Assembly: GCA_011191975.1 (NCBI GenBank)
Contig: DUFA01000115.1
Span: 3,765 to 67,764 of the forward strand
DNA: 64,000 bases
Direction of reading: 5' to 3'
Origin: Dehalococcoidia bacterium
GTDB lineage: Bacteria > Chloroflexota > Dehalococcoidia > Dehalococcoidales > UBA2162
Shown: piece after piece, positions 37,750 to 47,618 of the stretch
How the letters are laid out: each line of letters begins with the position of its first letter
How positions within the stretch are numbered: position 1 is the stretch's first letter
The notes under the pieces: generated by a model
Databases searched by the model: none
Told to the model about the DNA's origin: nothing
The model's input: the letters and a program-made list of their open reading frames with translations, nothing else
Made by a program: the position numbers and the translations under genes

Positions 37750-39567
37750 TTATCTAGGTGGTCCCATCGGACCTGGCTGTGGCGGATGAAGTTCCTCTGC
37801 AATATCATCGAGACCAAGTGAAAGAAGCTTGGCTTTACTCGGTTTGGTCGTATCTCTGTCCCAATCGAGAGCTCCCAGACACCAGTAATTCTGCGCCTCT
37901 ATATCAGCTCTGACTCCGGCTAGAGGTCCTTCGGTCTGAGGGGGATCACCGTATATCCTCGGGTGAACATATATTTTTAACGGATTGATTCCCTCGCGAA
38001 GGTTGAAGCAGTGCCTGATATTGGCAATTCTCTCGCCGCACTTCAACAACTCATCAGCGGTCCAGTCCAGACCGGTTACTGCCTGCATATACTCCAGAGT
38101 CCAGTTTCTTCCTCCCGGAGGCCCGAAACCACCGAAGAAGCACGTACCAACAGCATTGGTTACGTGGGAATTAAAACTACTCGGACCGAATCCCTGCGTA
38201 TGTCTGCCCGGAGTCGCATCCATTTGGTAACGAGCAGCTCCTGTACCTCCTGGACGTGCCAGCTTGGGATCATGCATACCGAGTTCTTGACCACCGGCGT
38301 GCACCGCGTATTCTTCCGATCCTTTCCCGATTTTTTCTGCGGCTACTTTAACGCCATCAGCTAAAATATCACCGATACCTTCTCTTTTAGCTATCTTCTC
38401 AGTCAGCTCAACAATTCCTTTATGATTACCCCATGTAAGATCGATACCATCGGTATCCGCCTTGGTAAGAATACCCTTTTCGTATAATTCCATTGCGAAA
38501 GCAACGACACTGCCGCCGGATATTGTATCCAGGCCATAATCGTTACAGATGTAATTGACCATGCTCAGAGATTCAGCATCTGTATTGAGACAATTCGTTC
38601 CAAATGCCCCTTGTGTCTCATATTCCACCCGGCGAGTACCGGCAGGATATTTATACTCTCCCTTTCCTTCTTTCAGGATTGACTGGCAGGCAATGGGACA
38701 ATGCCAGCATGGTTCAACCTTATCGACGTTGGCAATAGCCAGGTCGCCAGCAAGCCCTGATGCATCCGGCATATCAACAACACCGACTCCGCCCCAGTTC
38801 TTGACCGGCGTATCGCCACTAAGTGCTGATCGTTCTGTCATGGCTGACGTTCCGTATTTCCTCATACCCTCAGCCATACCCTTTGTTGCTTCGGTTTGAT
38901 CCCTTCTGATAGCCATTGCTTTTTCCCTATCAGCTATAGGTACTTCCATGTCACCTCTTACCACTACCGCTTTGAGTTTCTTCGAACCCATAACAGCCCC
39001 GATACCGGAGCGTCCAGCAGCGGCACCTCTCTTTGTTATGACGCACGAAATCAGCGATAATTTCTCTCCGGAAGGTCCGATACAGGAAACTTCAGTATCC
39101 TTACCATACTTTTCTTTCATGATGGTTTCCATTTCATAAGAACCTTTACCCCAGAGATCACTGGCATCCAGTAGTTCTGCTTTACCATTGTCGATAAACA
39201 GGTATACCGGTTTATCAGAAATTCCGGTGAAAAAGACAGCATCATATCCGGCAAATTTTAGATAAGGGCCGAAGTCTCCTCCAGAATTGGCGTCTCCCCA
39301 ACCCCCAGTGATCGGTGACTTTGCCATAACCTGGTACCTTGTGCCGACAATTGCCGGTGAACCCGTAAGCGGCCCTGTAGCAAATCCCAGCATATTATCG
39401 GGGCCTAACGGGTCGACACCCGGTTTCATCCTGTCGTACATGATCCTGGCACCGATTCCGTATCCGCCCAGAAAGTTCCGGTACAGACTGTCATCGGGTG
39501 TTTCTTCCTGGAGTTCACCGGTTGAAAGATTCACGAACAGAATCTTTCCCATATACCCTTTTATCAT
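37750..39567 (-). CDS. Aldehyde:ferredoxin oxidoreductase family (tungstopterin) enzyme
   Basis: 605 aa with the N-terminus YMGKILFVNLSTGE... and AOR-family domains throughout. Confidence 0.9.
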   Translation of the reverse strand: MIKGYMGKILFVNLSTGELQEETPDDSLYRNFLGGYGIGARIMYDRMKPGVDPLGPDNMLGFATGPLTGSPAIVGTRYQVMAKSPITGGWGDANSGGDFGPYLKFAGYDAVFFTGISDKPVYLFIDNGKAELLDASDLWGKGSYEMETIMKEKYGKDTEVSCIGPSGEKLSLISCVITKRGAAAGRSGIGAVMGSKKLKAVVVRGDMEVPIADREKAMAIRRDQTEATKGMAEGMRKYGTSAMTERSALSGDTPVKNWGGVGVVDMPDASGLAGDLAIANVDKVEPCWHCPIACQSILKEGKGEYKYPAGTRRVEYETQGAFGTNCLNTDAESLSMVNYICNDYGLDTISGGSVVAFAMELYEKGILTKADTDGIDLTWGNHKGIVELTEKIAKREGIGDILADGVKVAAEKIGKGSEEYAVHAGGQELGMHDPKLARPGGTGAARYQMDATPGRHTQGFGPSSFNSHVTNAVGTCFFGGFGPPGGRNWTLEYMQAVTGLDWTADELLKCGERIANIRHCFNLREGINPLKIYVHPRIYGDPPQTEGPLAGVRADIEAQNYWCLGALDWDRDTTKPSKAKLLSLGLDDIAEELHPPQPGPMGPPR

Positions 39568-39762
39568 ATTGTCCTCCTCCTATCTTAGCAAAGATGTAAA
39601 TATTGGAAACATTCTACATTTACTAGAATCTGAATGTCAACAAAACGACTATCGTTACCCATTGTTCTCCGGTGAAATTGACTCACGCTTGGCTCTTTGT
39701 TAAAATGAATTGACTTCCGAACCGAATCCGATAGTTCGATATAGATATGAATTTTCGGCAGG

Positions 39763-40308
39763 ATGAGGTGGGATAAGGTGCAGATAAACGTTTCCCAGCA
39801 GTTAAAATCGACTATCGGTACTGTAAGGAATTACGAAGTCGAGACAACCGTTAATATAGATGATCAAACGGTAGAATTTACCGGTGAGGTCCATTTGATG
39901 AAAACGGACCTTGGTATATTGCTGAAAGGGATCTTCAACACAAATCTTTTTCTTCGATGTAGTCGTTGTCTGAATGTTTTCTACTATCCCCTTGAAATAA
40001 AGATTGAAGAAGAATATTTCCCGATCATGGATGTAAACACCGGTGTAATGCTGCCTGCACCCGAAGAACCGGGTAGCTTTACAATTGACGACCATAATAT
40101 AATGGATATATCGGAAGCTATACGTCAGTATACTTTGATGGCTTTACCGATTAAACCATTGTGCAGCCAGGATTGTTCAGGTCTGTGTCCAACCTGCGGT
40201 ACGAACCTTAACGAGAAAAAATGTGACTGCACAATTGAAATTGATCCAAGATGGGAAAAACTGAATGCTCTTTTGTCAAAGGATACCGAGTATTCAGCGG
40301 ATAACTGA
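39763..40308 (+). CDS. yceD: YceD/DUF177 family protein
   Basis: 181 aa with a C-terminal CxxxCxGLCxxCG motif, immediately upstream of rpmF. Confidence 0.8.
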   Translation: MRWDKVQINVSQQLKSTIGTVRNYEVETTVNIDDQTVEFTGEVHLMKTDLGILLKGIFNTNLFLRCSRCLNVFYYPLEIKIEEEYFPIMDVNTGVMLPAPEEPGSFTIDDHNIMDISEAIRQYTLMALPIKPLCSQDCSGLCPTCGTNLNEKKCDCTIEIDPRWEKLNALLSKDTEYSADN

Positions 40309-40324
40309 AAGGAAGGAATGCACA

Positions 40325-40525
40325 ATGCCTCCACAGCCAAAAAGAAAATATGCCAAAGCGCGGCAGGGAAAAAGGCGTAGCCACATTGCTGCGTCCGCGC
40401 CGACTTTGATTACCTGTCCGCAGTGTAACAGCCCGAAATTACCTCATCATGTTTGTCCTACCTGCGGCACTTATAATGGCAGAGACGTAACCGAGATAAA
40501 GAGCCCCAAACCCAAATCCAGCTAA
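40325..40525 (+). CDS. rpmF: 50S ribosomal protein L32
   Basis: MPPQPKRKYAKARQGKRRSH... with a CPQC...CPTC zinc knuckle. The ATG at 40325 follows AAGGAAGG; the ORF-track start at 40265 is rejected. Confidence 0.9.
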   Translation: MPPQPKRKYAKARQGKRRSHIAASAPTLITCPQCNSPKLPHHVCPTCGTYNGRDVTEIKSPKPKSS

Positions 40526-40537
40526 GGATAACGGATT

Positions 40538-41488
40538 GTGCTGAAAACGGTCGTCTGCGACCTCTTTAATATACGATATCCTATACTTCAGGGTGGTATG
40601 GCTCATATCGGTACTTATGAACTTGTTTCTGCCGTATCGAATGCTGGAGGACTGGGTATCATCGGTTCAGGATTCTATGAACCTGAATGGCTAAGAAATC
40701 AGATCCACATGACGAAACAGTATACAAACTGTCCGTTTGGCGTAAATATCCAAATGGCTTCCCCGCATGTCAGACAGGTTGCCGATGTCGTTATTGAAGA
40801 AGGCGTAGCCTTTGTCACCACAGGAGCGGGTAATCCGAGATCCTTTGTTGCGGAATTCAAACGAGCCGGGATAAAGGTGGTACCTGTAGTAAACAGCCCC
40901 TCTGCTGCAAAACACATGGAGAAGGCCGGAGTAGATGCAGTTATAGCTGAGGGAACCGAATCCGGAGGTCATGTCGGTGAGACAACGACAATGGTACTCG
41001 TCCCGGAAGTCGTGGACAGTGTAAAAATTCCTGTTATCGCAGCCGGAGGTATATGTGATGGTCGTGGCATGGCGGCTGTAATGGCACTTGGAGCATCAGG
41101 GATACAGATGGGCACCCGTTTTGCATGCAGCAAAGAATGTATAGCTCATCAGAACTATAAACGAAGAATAATGGAAGCGGCGATTCCAGCTACTGTGGTA
41201 ACAAGGCAAGTACTGGGATATCCCCAGCGGAGCCTGAAAAACGAACTAACAGACAGGTTCATTGAGCTTGAAAAAGCCGGTGTACCCAATGAGGAGCTGG
41301 AAATGTTCGACCGTGGAAGGATGTATCTTGGTTTAATAGAAGGTGATATTCAGGAAGGTACCTTGTTGGCTGGACAGATAGCTGGTCGTATTAAAGAAGA
41401 AAAATCCGTAAAAGATATCATTGAAGAAACGATATCTGAGGCTGAGATGGTCATTTCCAGCCTGAAAAAACTTATTACGGAGGACTGA
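40538..41488 (+). CDS. fabK: Enoyl-ACP reductase FabK type (nitronate monooxygenase fold)
   Basis: 316-aa FMN TIM barrel (GGMAHIGT..., AGGICDGRG) at the head of the fab cluster. Confidence 0.75.
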   Translation: MLKTVVCDLFNIRYPILQGGMAHIGTYELVSAVSNAGGLGIIGSGFYEPEWLRNQIHMTKQYTNCPFGVNIQMASPHVRQVADVVIEEGVAFVTTGAGNPRSFVAEFKRAGIKVVPVVNSPSAAKHMEKAGVDAVIAEGTESGGHVGETTTMVLVPEVVDSVKIPVIAAGGICDGRGMAAVMALGASGIQMGTRFACSKECIAHQNYKRRIMEAAIPATVVTRQVLGYPQRSLKNELTDRFIELEKAGVPNEELEMFDRGRMYLGLIEGDIQEGTLLAGQIAGRIKEEKSVKDIIEETISEAEMVISSLKKLITED

Positions 41489-41490
41489 AT

Positions 41491-42423
41491 ATGACTGAAA
41501 CAGAAAAAAGAGCTTGGATATTTCCCGGACAGGGTTCACAATCGGTAGGTATGGGCAAAGACCTGCATGACACGTTCGAATCAGCTAAATCAATCTTTAA
41601 ACAGGCTGATGATTCACTTGGTATGGCGATATCACAAATGTGCTTTGAAGGCCCTGAAGATGAACTACAGTTAACCATTAATCAACAACCTGCTTTACTC
41701 ACGGTTAGTTACGCCTGCTTGAAAGCGATAGAAGAAATAAACGATGGAAGCTTCCCCAAGCCTGAATATCTTGCTGGTCATAGTCTTGGCGAATACACAG
41801 CCCTGGCAGCGGCCGGTGTACTGGACTTCCCTACTGCGGTCTATCTTGCTCGTGAAAGGGGCAGGTTGATGTATGAAGCAGGTCAACAATCACCGGGCGC
41901 GATGGCAGCGGTTATGGGGCTGGACGAAGAAGTATTGACAGCGATATGTCAGGATACTTCAACGGTGATTGCTAACTATAACACGCCTGGTCAGATGGTT
42001 ATCAGTGGTATGAAGGATGATGTCTTGAGAGCGTCAGAACAGGCCCAATCTGCAGGAGCAAGTCGCGTTGTTCCGCTTAATGTAAGTGGTGCTTTTCACT
42101 CACCGCTGATGAAACCTGCGCAGGAAGGGCTGACAGAAATTATCGCTACCGTTGAATTCAAAGATCCCGATATTCCTGTTATAGCTAATACGACAGCATT
42201 GCCGTTAACGAATGGAGAGCAGGTTAAAACAGAGCTTATCGACCAGTTATGCCATAGCGTTCAATGGCAACGTTCGGTAGAATACATGATTAATAACGGC
42301 GTGACAACGTTCATTGAGATTGGTCCCGGTCGCGTTCTGAGTGGCCTGGTAAAGAGGATTAATAAGGAAGTTACCCTGCAAAATATCGGTAGTGTCGAAG
42401 CAGTAAACGGATTATTCACATAA
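41491..42423 (+). CDS. fabD: Malonyl-CoA:ACP transacylase
   Basis: FPGQGSQ and GHSLGEY motifs. Confidence 0.9.
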   Translation: MTETEKRAWIFPGQGSQSVGMGKDLHDTFESAKSIFKQADDSLGMAISQMCFEGPEDELQLTINQQPALLTVSYACLKAIEEINDGSFPKPEYLAGHSLGEYTALAAAGVLDFPTAVYLARERGRLMYEAGQQSPGAMAAVMGLDEEVLTAICQDTSTVIANYNTPGQMVISGMKDDVLRASEQAQSAGASRVVPLNVSGAFHSPLMKPAQEGLTEIIATVEFKDPDIPVIANTTALPLTNGEQVKTELIDQLCHSVQWQRSVEYMINNGVTTFIEIGPGRVLSGLVKRINKEVTLQNIGSVEAVNGLFT

Positions 42424-42450
42424 TGCGAAATACAGGATTATTACGTACCG

Positions 42451-43197
42451 ATGGATCTGAATGGTAAAGTAGCAATAATTACTGGAAGCACTCGTGGTAT
42501 AGGCAATGCAATAGCGAACAGACTTGCAGAAGCCGGGGCTATGATCGTCGTTAAAGGTGTCAGCGATGCGATCAGAGTAGAAAATGCAGCCGAGGCTATC
42601 AGGAGTACAGGTAGAGACTGCATCGGAGTTCTTGCTGATGTGGGAACCGCGGACGGGGTACATAAGCTTTTCGATACTGCTGTTCAGAAATATGGAAAGA
42701 TAGATATTCTAGTGAATAATGCCGGTATTATCCGTGACCATGGAATAATGCGGATGTCGGAAGAAGATTGGGATAGCGTTATCAGGGTAAACCTAAAGAG
42801 TGTTTTCTTGTGCTCCAAAGCTGCTCTGAAATACATGTTAAAACAACGATCAGGGAGGATAATCAGTATATCAAGCATTGTCGGTATATACGGAAATGCA
42901 GGACAATCGAATTACTCAGCGTCAAAAGCCGGAATTATTGCTTTCACAAGAACACTGTCAAAAGAAGTCGGTGCCAGAGGAATAACTGTAGATGCGATAG
43001 CACCTGGCTTTATCGATACGAATATGACCCGGCAACTTGAGGAAAAGTGGATAGAATACCTGAAAAGTAGAACTTCGCTCGGTTTTCTGGGAATGCCAGA
43101 GGATATTGCTGAAGCTGTCGTGTTCCTCGCCTCCGATAAAGCCGGATATATTACCGGTAACATACTTGGTATCAATGGAGGAATGGGAGGGATATAA
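42451..43197 (+). CDS. fabG: 3-oxoacyl-ACP reductase
   Basis: TGSTRGIG, NNAG and YSASK motifs. Confidence 0.9.
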   Translation: MDLNGKVAIITGSTRGIGNAIANRLAEAGAMIVVKGVSDAIRVENAAEAIRSTGRDCIGVLADVGTADGVHKLFDTAVQKYGKIDILVNNAGIIRDHGIMRMSEEDWDSVIRVNLKSVFLCSKAALKYMLKQRSGRIISISSIVGIYGNAGQSNYSASKAGIIAFTRTLSKEVGARGITVDAIAPGFIDTNMTRQLEEKWIEYLKSRTSLGFLGMPEDIAEAVVFLASDKAGYITGNILGINGGMGGI

Positions 43198-43306
43198 ACC
43201 CATCATATAATTTACGATAATAATTGACCATAATAGTCGCTTTTGATAAACTCAATTATACGTTTTTGATATTATTCAGATACAATATAATATTCGGGGA
43301 TGATGG

Positions 43307-43720
43307 ATGATGGCAGGTGTGAGGAGAAAGGCAAGGACTCTTGCGCTTCAAGCATTATACGAAATAGACACATCAGGTCATAAAGCAGATGACGTTACAG
43401 GAAGATTATTAGCCGAAGAAGATTTATCCGATGAGAACGAAGCGTTCGTCCGTGATATTGTATCGGGAGTTATGGTACATAAAGAAAAACTGGATCAGAG
43501 TATCAGAGAGTATGCTCCGGCCTGGCCCATAGAACAATTACCCGTGATTGACAGGAATATTCTTCGACTTGCAATCTTTGAAATTATAATTGATAATAGA
43601 GTACCAGTAAAGGTAGCCATTAACGAAGCAGTGGAACTTGCAAAAACTTTTGGAGCTGACCGATCATCAAAATTTGTTAATGGAGTTCTTGGTTCAATAA
43701 GCACTCTGGTCAGCAGATAA
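43307..43720 (+). CDS. nusB: Transcription antitermination factor NusB
   Basis: 137 aa; [13 protein letters not shown]... and [14 protein letters not shown]. Confidence 0.85.
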   Translation: MMAGVRRKARTLALQALYEIDTSGHKADDVTGRLLAEEDLSDENEAFVRDIVSGVMVHKEKLDQSIREYAPAWPIEQLPVIDRNILRLAIFEIIIDNRVPVKVAINEAVELAKTFGADRSSKFVNGVLGSISTLVSR

Positions 43721-43744
43721 AGAAACAGAAATAAGGGGGAGAAA

Positions 43745-44005
43745 TTGGCAACCGTTTATGAGAGGGTAAAAAATATTATAGTCGAGCAGTTAGGTGTAGA
43801 TGAAGATGAGGTGGTACCTGCAGCTAATTTTGTTGATGATCTAGGGGCTGACTCTCTTGACCTGGTAGAACTGATCATGTCCCTGGAAGAAGAATTCAGT
43901 GATTCATCCAAGAAAGTAGAAATTCCGGATGAAGATGCAGAAAGAATAGTATCTGTCCAGGATGCTGTTGATTATATTAAAGACGCAGGCATCCAGGACG
44001 AATAG
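43745..44005 (+). CDS. acpP: Acyl carrier protein
   Basis: [13 protein letters not shown] phosphopantetheine-Ser motif. TTG start after AAGGGGGAG. Confidence 0.9.
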   Translation: MATVYERVKNIIVEQLGVDEDEVVPAANFVDDLGADSLDLVELIMSLEEEFSDSSKKVEIPDEDAERIVSVQDAVDYIKDAGIQDE

Positions 44006-44025
44006 AAAATACTATAGGATTAGTT

Positions 44026-44733
44026 TTGTTCAAAGCCGTATTCTTTGACTGGTTTAATACCCTGGCGGTGTATTATCCGCCCAGAGAGGAGCTTCAAAGC
44101 CAGGCGATTCGAGAATTCGGCTTTAATGTTTCCGCTGAACAAGTGAAACCTGCACTCCTTTATGCTGACAAACTCGTTTTCGACGAAAACGCTAAATATC
44201 CCATGAGACTCAGAAGTAAAGAAGATCAAAATGAGGTATACGTCCGGTATGAAACCTTACTCCTGAGAAATGTCGGTATCGACTTAACCGATGAAGTGTC
44301 CACCGTTGCGAAGATATTTAAAAGAGCCGAAGAGTTATATAGTAATATTGGTTTTGCACTTTACGATGACGTAGTTCCAGTAATGAAAAAACTCAGGGAA
44401 AAGGACTTGAAAATAGGCCTTATTACCAACCTTGAAATTGATATGAAACCTGTTTGTTCCAAACTCGGGCTTGATCCGTATCTTGATTTTATTGTCACTT
44501 CAGGGGAAGCTGGCTCGGATAAACCACAACCTGAAATATTCCTGCTGGCGTTAAAAAAAGCCGGCGTAGAATCCTCCGAGGCGATTCATGTGGGTGACCA
44601 GTACAAGATAGATGCCGTTGGAGCAATGGGAGCAGGTATAAAACCGGTAATTATCGATCGTTATGATATGTATCCGGAAATTACCGACTGTCCTCGTATC
44701 AAGACACTGGATGAATTGTTCTCGTATATTTAA
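44026..44733 (+). CDS. HAD family hydrolase
   Basis: The N-terminal FDWFNTL takes the place of the usual DxD motif (the first Asp position should be checked). GLITN and VGDQ..D motifs are present. Confidence 0.7.
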   Translation: MFKAVFFDWFNTLAVYYPPREELQSQAIREFGFNVSAEQVKPALLYADKLVFDENAKYPMRLRSKEDQNEVYVRYETLLLRNVGIDLTDEVSTVAKIFKRAEELYSNIGFALYDDVVPVMKKLREKDLKIGLITNLEIDMKPVCSKLGLDPYLDFIVTSGEAGSDKPQPEIFLLALKKAGVESSEAIHVGDQYKIDAVGAMGAGIKPVIIDRYDMYPEITDCPRIKTLDELFSYI

Positions 44734-44737
44734 TCTG

Positions 44738-45775
44738 TCATAGCAACCCGGCGTATTTCAAGATCAGCAGGCTCCGGAAGGTCATATCAAATTTCCATCT
44801 GTTATTTTTCCAGCTGTCTTCGAGCGCCAAACCGCTGTATACACTCCAGGCTTTGAAATAGCCGTCGTGAGGTTTTAACAGAAAAACCCCATCCCCTTCT
44901 TTAAGTATACTTTTCAGTTCATATGCTTGCTGGAGTAAAGACGGTACTTTTTTAACAATTCTCATCCTGGCAAATAATTCCATCGTATGTATCCACCAGA
45001 ACCAGTCTCTCGGCCCGAGTTCGTAAGGAGACTGTTTCAGATTTGGAGGTTGAATCTGGGCTGGTGCAACCAGTTGGCTTTTTATTTTTATGTAAACTTT
45101 CGGCAGAGGAGAAAATTCGATGAGTTTTTCAATTGCCTTCGAAATAATATCCAGGTTCTTTTCATTTCGCCAGCTTTTGGTAAATGCCAGCAATTTCAGG
45201 TTATAAAGGTCGGGCAAAGGAGTGCCGCTGTAGTACAGTTTTTGCCTGTATGTCCCGGTGATTTCTTCAATCGACCGAATATCACTCACTGCCCTAACGT
45301 AGCCAAGGGTACGCCGAATCTCCGTTTGTATAAAATCGTGATCTTCAATACCGAAATAAGAAAATACCACAGCTCTGATATTGTCCGCACCGAACAGACC
45401 GATTTCAGGTTCGAATACAGTCGACCACTTCCAGGGATCGGGATTCCAGTTGTCTCTGAGCAATGCTTCAAGACACTTTTTAATAACCGGATATGTATCT
45501 GGTACCGCCATCTCCGACAAGAAGCGAAGCGCCCCTTCAGCACCAGTACCGAAGTATTTCATTTTGACTGCAGGAATCCATCCGGCATGAAAGAAATCTC
45601 CCAAAAACCCGTTTTCCTTCTGCCACGAAAACGCGTACTGCACTCGTTTGTCGGTAAGTATATCATTGAGATATTTGCTGATGTCAGGATTTTCCCCGAG
45701 TATCTCTTTTCTCGTTCTAAATCTTATGGATGCGCAGGCACCTTCGGTAAGCGTCCTGATGACTTCGGTATTCAT
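44738..45775 (-). CDS. Hypothetical protein, possible distant relative of the 60919..61950 toroid-like protein
   Basis: 345-aa protein-like ORF. The overlapping plus-strand ORF 44987..45796 is R/F/C-rich junk. The C-terminus RWKFDMTFRSL resembles RWLSFDLLRSL of the other protein. Confidence 0.5.
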   Translation of the reverse strand: MNTEVIRTLTEGACASIRFRTRKEILGENPDISKYLNDILTDKRVQYAFSWQKENGFLGDFFHAGWIPAVKMKYFGTGAEGALRFLSEMAVPDTYPVIKKCLEALLRDNWNPDPWKWSTVFEPEIGLFGADNIRAVVFSYFGIEDHDFIQTEIRRTLGYVRAVSDIRSIEEITGTYRQKLYYSGTPLPDLYNLKLLAFTKSWRNEKNLDIISKAIEKLIEFSPLPKVYIKIKSQLVAPAQIQPPNLKQSPYELGPRDWFWWIHTMELFARMRIVKKVPSLLQQAYELKSILKEGDGVFLLKPHDGYFKAWSVYSGLALEDSWKNNRWKFDMTFRSLLILKYAGLL

Positions 45776-45806
45776 TGGTTCAACTCTAACGTATGATATG
45801 TCAACA

Positions 45807-46901
45807 TCATTCGAACGTGATCACGTTTCGAATCACTTCACCCTTCTCCGATGACTCAAAAGCTTCGTTTATTTTCTCGAAAGGGTAATGACCGGATACC
45901 AGTTCTCCCAGTTTCAGACGCCCGGAATAATATAGCTCTATCAGTCGAAGTATATCTTTCCTCAGGCGTATCGCTCCCATAGCGCTACCGGTGAGTTTCC
46001 TGCCACCCATGAAATCTGTAGGCGTAAAAGCAGAGAGTTGTTCTCCGTGACCGTGACCGATAACACAGGTGGTACCGTCACGGGCTGACATCAGGAAACC
46101 TTGCCTGAGTATCTCTATACCTGCTACTGCGACTATTACGAAATCAGAACCACGTCCGTATGTTATCTCGTGCACCGTTTCTATTGGATCTTTCTCAATT
46201 CTGGGATTGACAGTATGGGTAGCTCCGAACTCCTTGGCTGTTTCTAACTTTTTTTCGCTCACATCAACGGCCACGATGGGATAAGCTCCGGAAAACAGGG
46301 CTCCCTGTATGGCGTTCAGCCCAACACCGCCGCATCCGATAACCGTAACGCTGCTGTTCACCGTAACCTTCGCCCGGTATAGTACCGCGCCGAATCCGGC
46401 GATAACCCCGCAGGCTATCAGGCAGGCTCTGTCTGATGGCAGTTCCGTCGGTACCTTAACCAGGTTTCTCTCAGGTATAATGGCATATTCAGCAAATCCG
46501 GCAACAGGTCCTGCATATTGCGTAAGACGCTGGCCTGTTTTATTCGTCATTCTCCCTTGACCGTGGAGGAATAACGGGTGAGTCGTACACTGGTTGGATA
46601 GTCCCTCGCGGCAATAATAACAGTGGCCGCATCCCTCGGGTATAATGCTTGCAATTACCTTGTCACCCGGTACTACGTAGTCTACACTCTCACCGATTTC
46701 CTCTACGTAACCGCATATTTCATGACCGGCTATCGCCGGAAGTTTGATATCTCCATGCTCGCCTTTTATAGCATGAATATCACTGTGACAGATGGCGGTA
46801 GCTGCCATACATATCTTAACTTCACCCTTTCCCGGTGGATCGAGAATAACATCCTCGATAACCAGAGGTTTGTTCAACTCATAACAGATAGCCGCTTTCA
46901 T
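45807..46901 (-). CDS. Zinc-dependent alcohol dehydrogenase family protein
   Basis: GHEICGYV catalytic-zinc motif, CGHCYYCREG structural-zinc motif, and GCGGVG Rossmann motif. Confidence 0.85.
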   Translation of the reverse strand: MKAAICYELNKPLVIEDVILDPPGKGEVKICMAATAICHSDIHAIKGEHGDIKLPAIAGHEICGYVEEIGESVDYVVPGDKVIASIIPEGCGHCYYCREGLSNQCTTHPLFLHGQGRMTNKTGQRLTQYAGPVAGFAEYAIIPERNLVKVPTELPSDRACLIACGVIAGFGAVLYRAKVTVNSSVTVIGCGGVGLNAIQGALFSGAYPIVAVDVSEKKLETAKEFGATHTVNPRIEKDPIETVHEITYGRGSDFVIVAVAGIEILRQGFLMSARDGTTCVIGHGHGEQLSAFTPTDFMGGRKLTGSAMGAIRLRKDILRLIELYYSGRLKLGELVSGHYPFEKINEAFESSEKGEVIRNVITFE

Positions 46902-46936
46902 ATTCTCTCCTCCTGAAATTGTTAGTACGGATCGTC

Positions 46937-47191
46937 CTATGTGCTGGAAAGCTCTACTATAGTAACTCCGGCACCTCCTTCACCTCTCTGGCCTAACCGG
47001 TACGACTTTACAAGTGGATGCCTGGCGAGTTCGCGCTGGGCTGTCTGTCTGATAATCCCGGCACCCTTGCCGTGAACGATCTTAATTTGCATAAGTCCTG
47101 ATATATAGGCCTTATGTATAAAGTCGTCCAGTTTTACCAGTGCTTCATCAACAGTCAGGTGACGCAGGTGTACTTCGTCTATCATAATCAC
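46937..47191 (-). CDS. Smr domain protein
   Basis: 84 aa; VHLRHLTVDEAL...KIVHGKGAGIIR Smr pattern. Confidence 0.8.
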   Translation of the reverse strand: MIMIDEVHLRHLTVDEALVKLDDFIHKAYISGLMQIKIVHGKGAGIIRQTAQRELARHPLVKSYRLGQRGEGGAGVTIVELSST

Positions 47192-47250
47192 TATGCATTA
47201 TACTAACTCATCCATATGTTTAATAGTCCGTGAGGCTGCAGGCTCTCTGA

Positions 47251-47279
47251 TTGAAAACATCAGGCTTTTTGGTTATAAT
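47251..47279 (+). promoter_or_regulatory. Sigma70-like promoter for tRNA-His
   Basis: TTGAAA, a 17-nt spacer, then TATAAT, ending 35 nt upstream of the tRNA. Confidence 0.5.
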
Positions 47280-47313
47280 TATCACTGCCACAACGAAATT
47301 CTTCTCAGTCTAT

Positions 47314-47391
47314 GGTGAGTGTAGCCCAGCGGTCTAAGGCGCCAGGTTGTGGCCCTGGAGATCGAGGGTTCAAATCCCTCCACTCACCCCA
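47314..47391 (+). tRNA. tRNA-His (anticodon GTG) with encoded G-1 and CCA
   Basis: Hand-folded cloverleaf. Acceptor GTGAGTG/CACTCAC; anticodon stem CCAGG/CCTGG with loop TTGTGGC; T arm GAGGG-TTCAAAT-CCCTC. The extra 5' G pairs with discriminator C. Confidence 0.9.
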
Positions 47392-47618
47392 ACAATATGT
47401 ATCTATCTTGTGTTTGGATTTCTCCAGGAATCATCGTAAATAAGAGCTATTTGGTTCTTGAATCGTGTATTTAGTGTCGTGAAGACTGGATGTTCGAGTA
47501 CAGATAACTTGTACCAAAGTATATTAATTACGGTATAATATACCAAGCTTCTTTTCAGGATGGTCTAAAAATAAATAACCGAGAGATACTATCCACTATT
47601 GGCGCAATAAATGAATCT

